In this document: positions 62,555 to 64,000 of the stretch, in pieces
How the letters are laid out: each line of letters starts with the position of its first letter
Numbering within the stretch: position 1 is the stretch's first letter
Source: Octopus sinensis
Taxonomy: Eukaryota
Length of the DNA: 64,000 bases
Assembly: GCF_006345805.1 (NCBI RefSeq)
Contig: NC_043000.1
Span: 29,016,001 to 29,080,000 of the forward strand
Direction: 5' to 3'
Program-made: the position numbers and the translations under genes
Notes under the pieces: model-generated
Databases searched by the model: none
Seen by the model: the letters and a program-made list of their open reading frames with translations, nothing else
What the model was told of the DNA's origin: nothing

Positions 62555-62589
62555 ATATAAATATATATATATATACCTATCTATCTATC

Positions 62590-62811
62590 TATCTCTTTTA
62601 TTTGTTCATTTGTTTCAGTCATTAGACTGCGGTCATGCTTGGGCAATCATTGTTTTTTTATTAAGTCTGGTACTTATTCTATCGTACATTTTTGCCGAAT
62701 GTCATGGGGATGTAAATGCACCAACGCTGGTTGTCAAGAAGTGGTGAGGGTGAGGAACAGAGACAAACACACATACACACACACATACACACACACATAA
62801 ATATATATATG

Positions 62812-62849
<38 letters not shown>

Positions 62850-63020
62850 CAGAGAGAGAGAGACGGACTACTTTCAATTTCCGTCTACCGAATCCACTCC
62901 CGAAACTTTGGTCGGCCCGTGACCAGAGTACAAGACACTTGCCCAAGGTGCCATGCAGTGGGACTGAACCCGGAACCATGTGGTTGGGAAGCAAACCTCA
63001 CAGAGCCACGCCTGCGCCTA
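62590..63020 (-). mobile_element. SINE family A
   Basis: Head near 63020, tail near 62600. Confidence 0.75.
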
Positions 63021-63085
<65 letters not shown>

Positions 63086-63629
63086 ATACCCGATGGAAAT
63101 TTTTAAGAGTGAGAGTAAGGAAATAGTGTGATAATAAGAGATGATTTGAGAATATGGTTAACATATACAAGAGAGGAAAATAGAAAAGAGAGGGCAGAAA
63201 GAGAGAGGGGTTTGTACAGAAAGGTAGAGAGGAATGAGAAAATAAAAATAAGCAGTATGATAAAGACAAAGAAATAGAAGCGGAAGTATATCTCACATAC
63301 TTACAGACAGGTTTTCATATATCACACGCACATACAGGCATACAGAGCGGTAGGAGTATAACTACACGTGCAACCATGCAGGCAAATATTTATTGCACAA
63401 GCATACTACGAAACATATACAACACTCATACAGACAGACCAACAGATATATCATACAAATAGACATACAAAGTGATTCGGAAGTCTCTTTAGTATTTGAA
63501 TAATGTATAACTCTTTTATTTGTTATTTTGTGATAATGGTCATTTTATTTTTCATGTATCTTTAAGACTTTGTTACTTTATAGTGAACACAATTCAATAT
63601 GTGTGGGGCGGGTTGTACATATATTTATA

Positions 63630-63786
63630 CAGGCGTGGCTTTTCGGTAAGAACTATCCTCACAACCACATGTTCCCATGTTTAGACCCACAGCGTGGCAC
63701 TTTGCGCAAGTGTCTCCTACTATAGCCTCTGGGTGGCCAAAGCCTTGTGAGTGGATTTGGTAGACGGAAGTTGAAAGACACCCGTC

Positions 63787-63830
<44 letters not shown>

Positions 63831-63900
63831 GTGTATGTTTTTGTGTCTGTATTAGTCCCTTACTGCTGCTTGAGAATAGGTCATGGTGTGTTTATGTCCC
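63630..63900 (+). mobile_element. SINE family A, 5' part
   Basis: GGCGTGGCTTTTCGGTAAG...CTTTGCGCAAGTGTCTCCTACTATAGCC. Confidence 0.75.
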
Positions 63901-64000
63901 TGCGTGCGTGTGCGTGTATATCATTGAGCAAAAGATTAGCAATTGGCTTAATGAATGAAAACCTTTCAGTTTTTAAAATGGTAACATATAATTTTTTTTA

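Overview
AT-rich, microsatellite-saturated eukaryotic genomic DNA. The repeat content strongly suggests a coleoid cephalopod, most likely Octopus (inference from recalled SINE families, not from a search). I could not support any host protein-coding gene. Nearly all long ORFs in the track are translations of simple repeats, and the recognisable coding fragments are transposon-derived. The window holds about 35 tRNA-derived SINE copies of at least four families (labelled A-D here) and remnants of Penelope-like elements from at least two lineages. It also has R4/Dong-type restriction-endonuclease LINE fragments next to TAA-type repeats, RTE LINE ends, mariner and maT remnants, and several MITE/foldback elements. 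The most interesting observations are: (1) a 2.0-kb Tx1/L1-like element with an apparently intact 5' end, only ORF1 (CCHC knuckle), a 3' stem-loop and a perfect 15-bp target-site duplication, inserted in the tRNA-like head of a SINE (HAL1-like non-autonomous element, possibly tRNA-targeted); (2) several minimal type I hammerhead-ribozyme folds in Penelope-derived repeats, one with a fully canonical core at 42805-42868 (-) and a recurring non-canonical CUG(U/C)UGA variant; (3) a SINE family that occurs as head-to-tail ~183-bp multimers with a fixed palindromic junction; (4) several long inverted repeats that would be ADAR-type dsRNA substrates if transcribed. Boundaries are approximate unless TSDs or TIRs are quoted.
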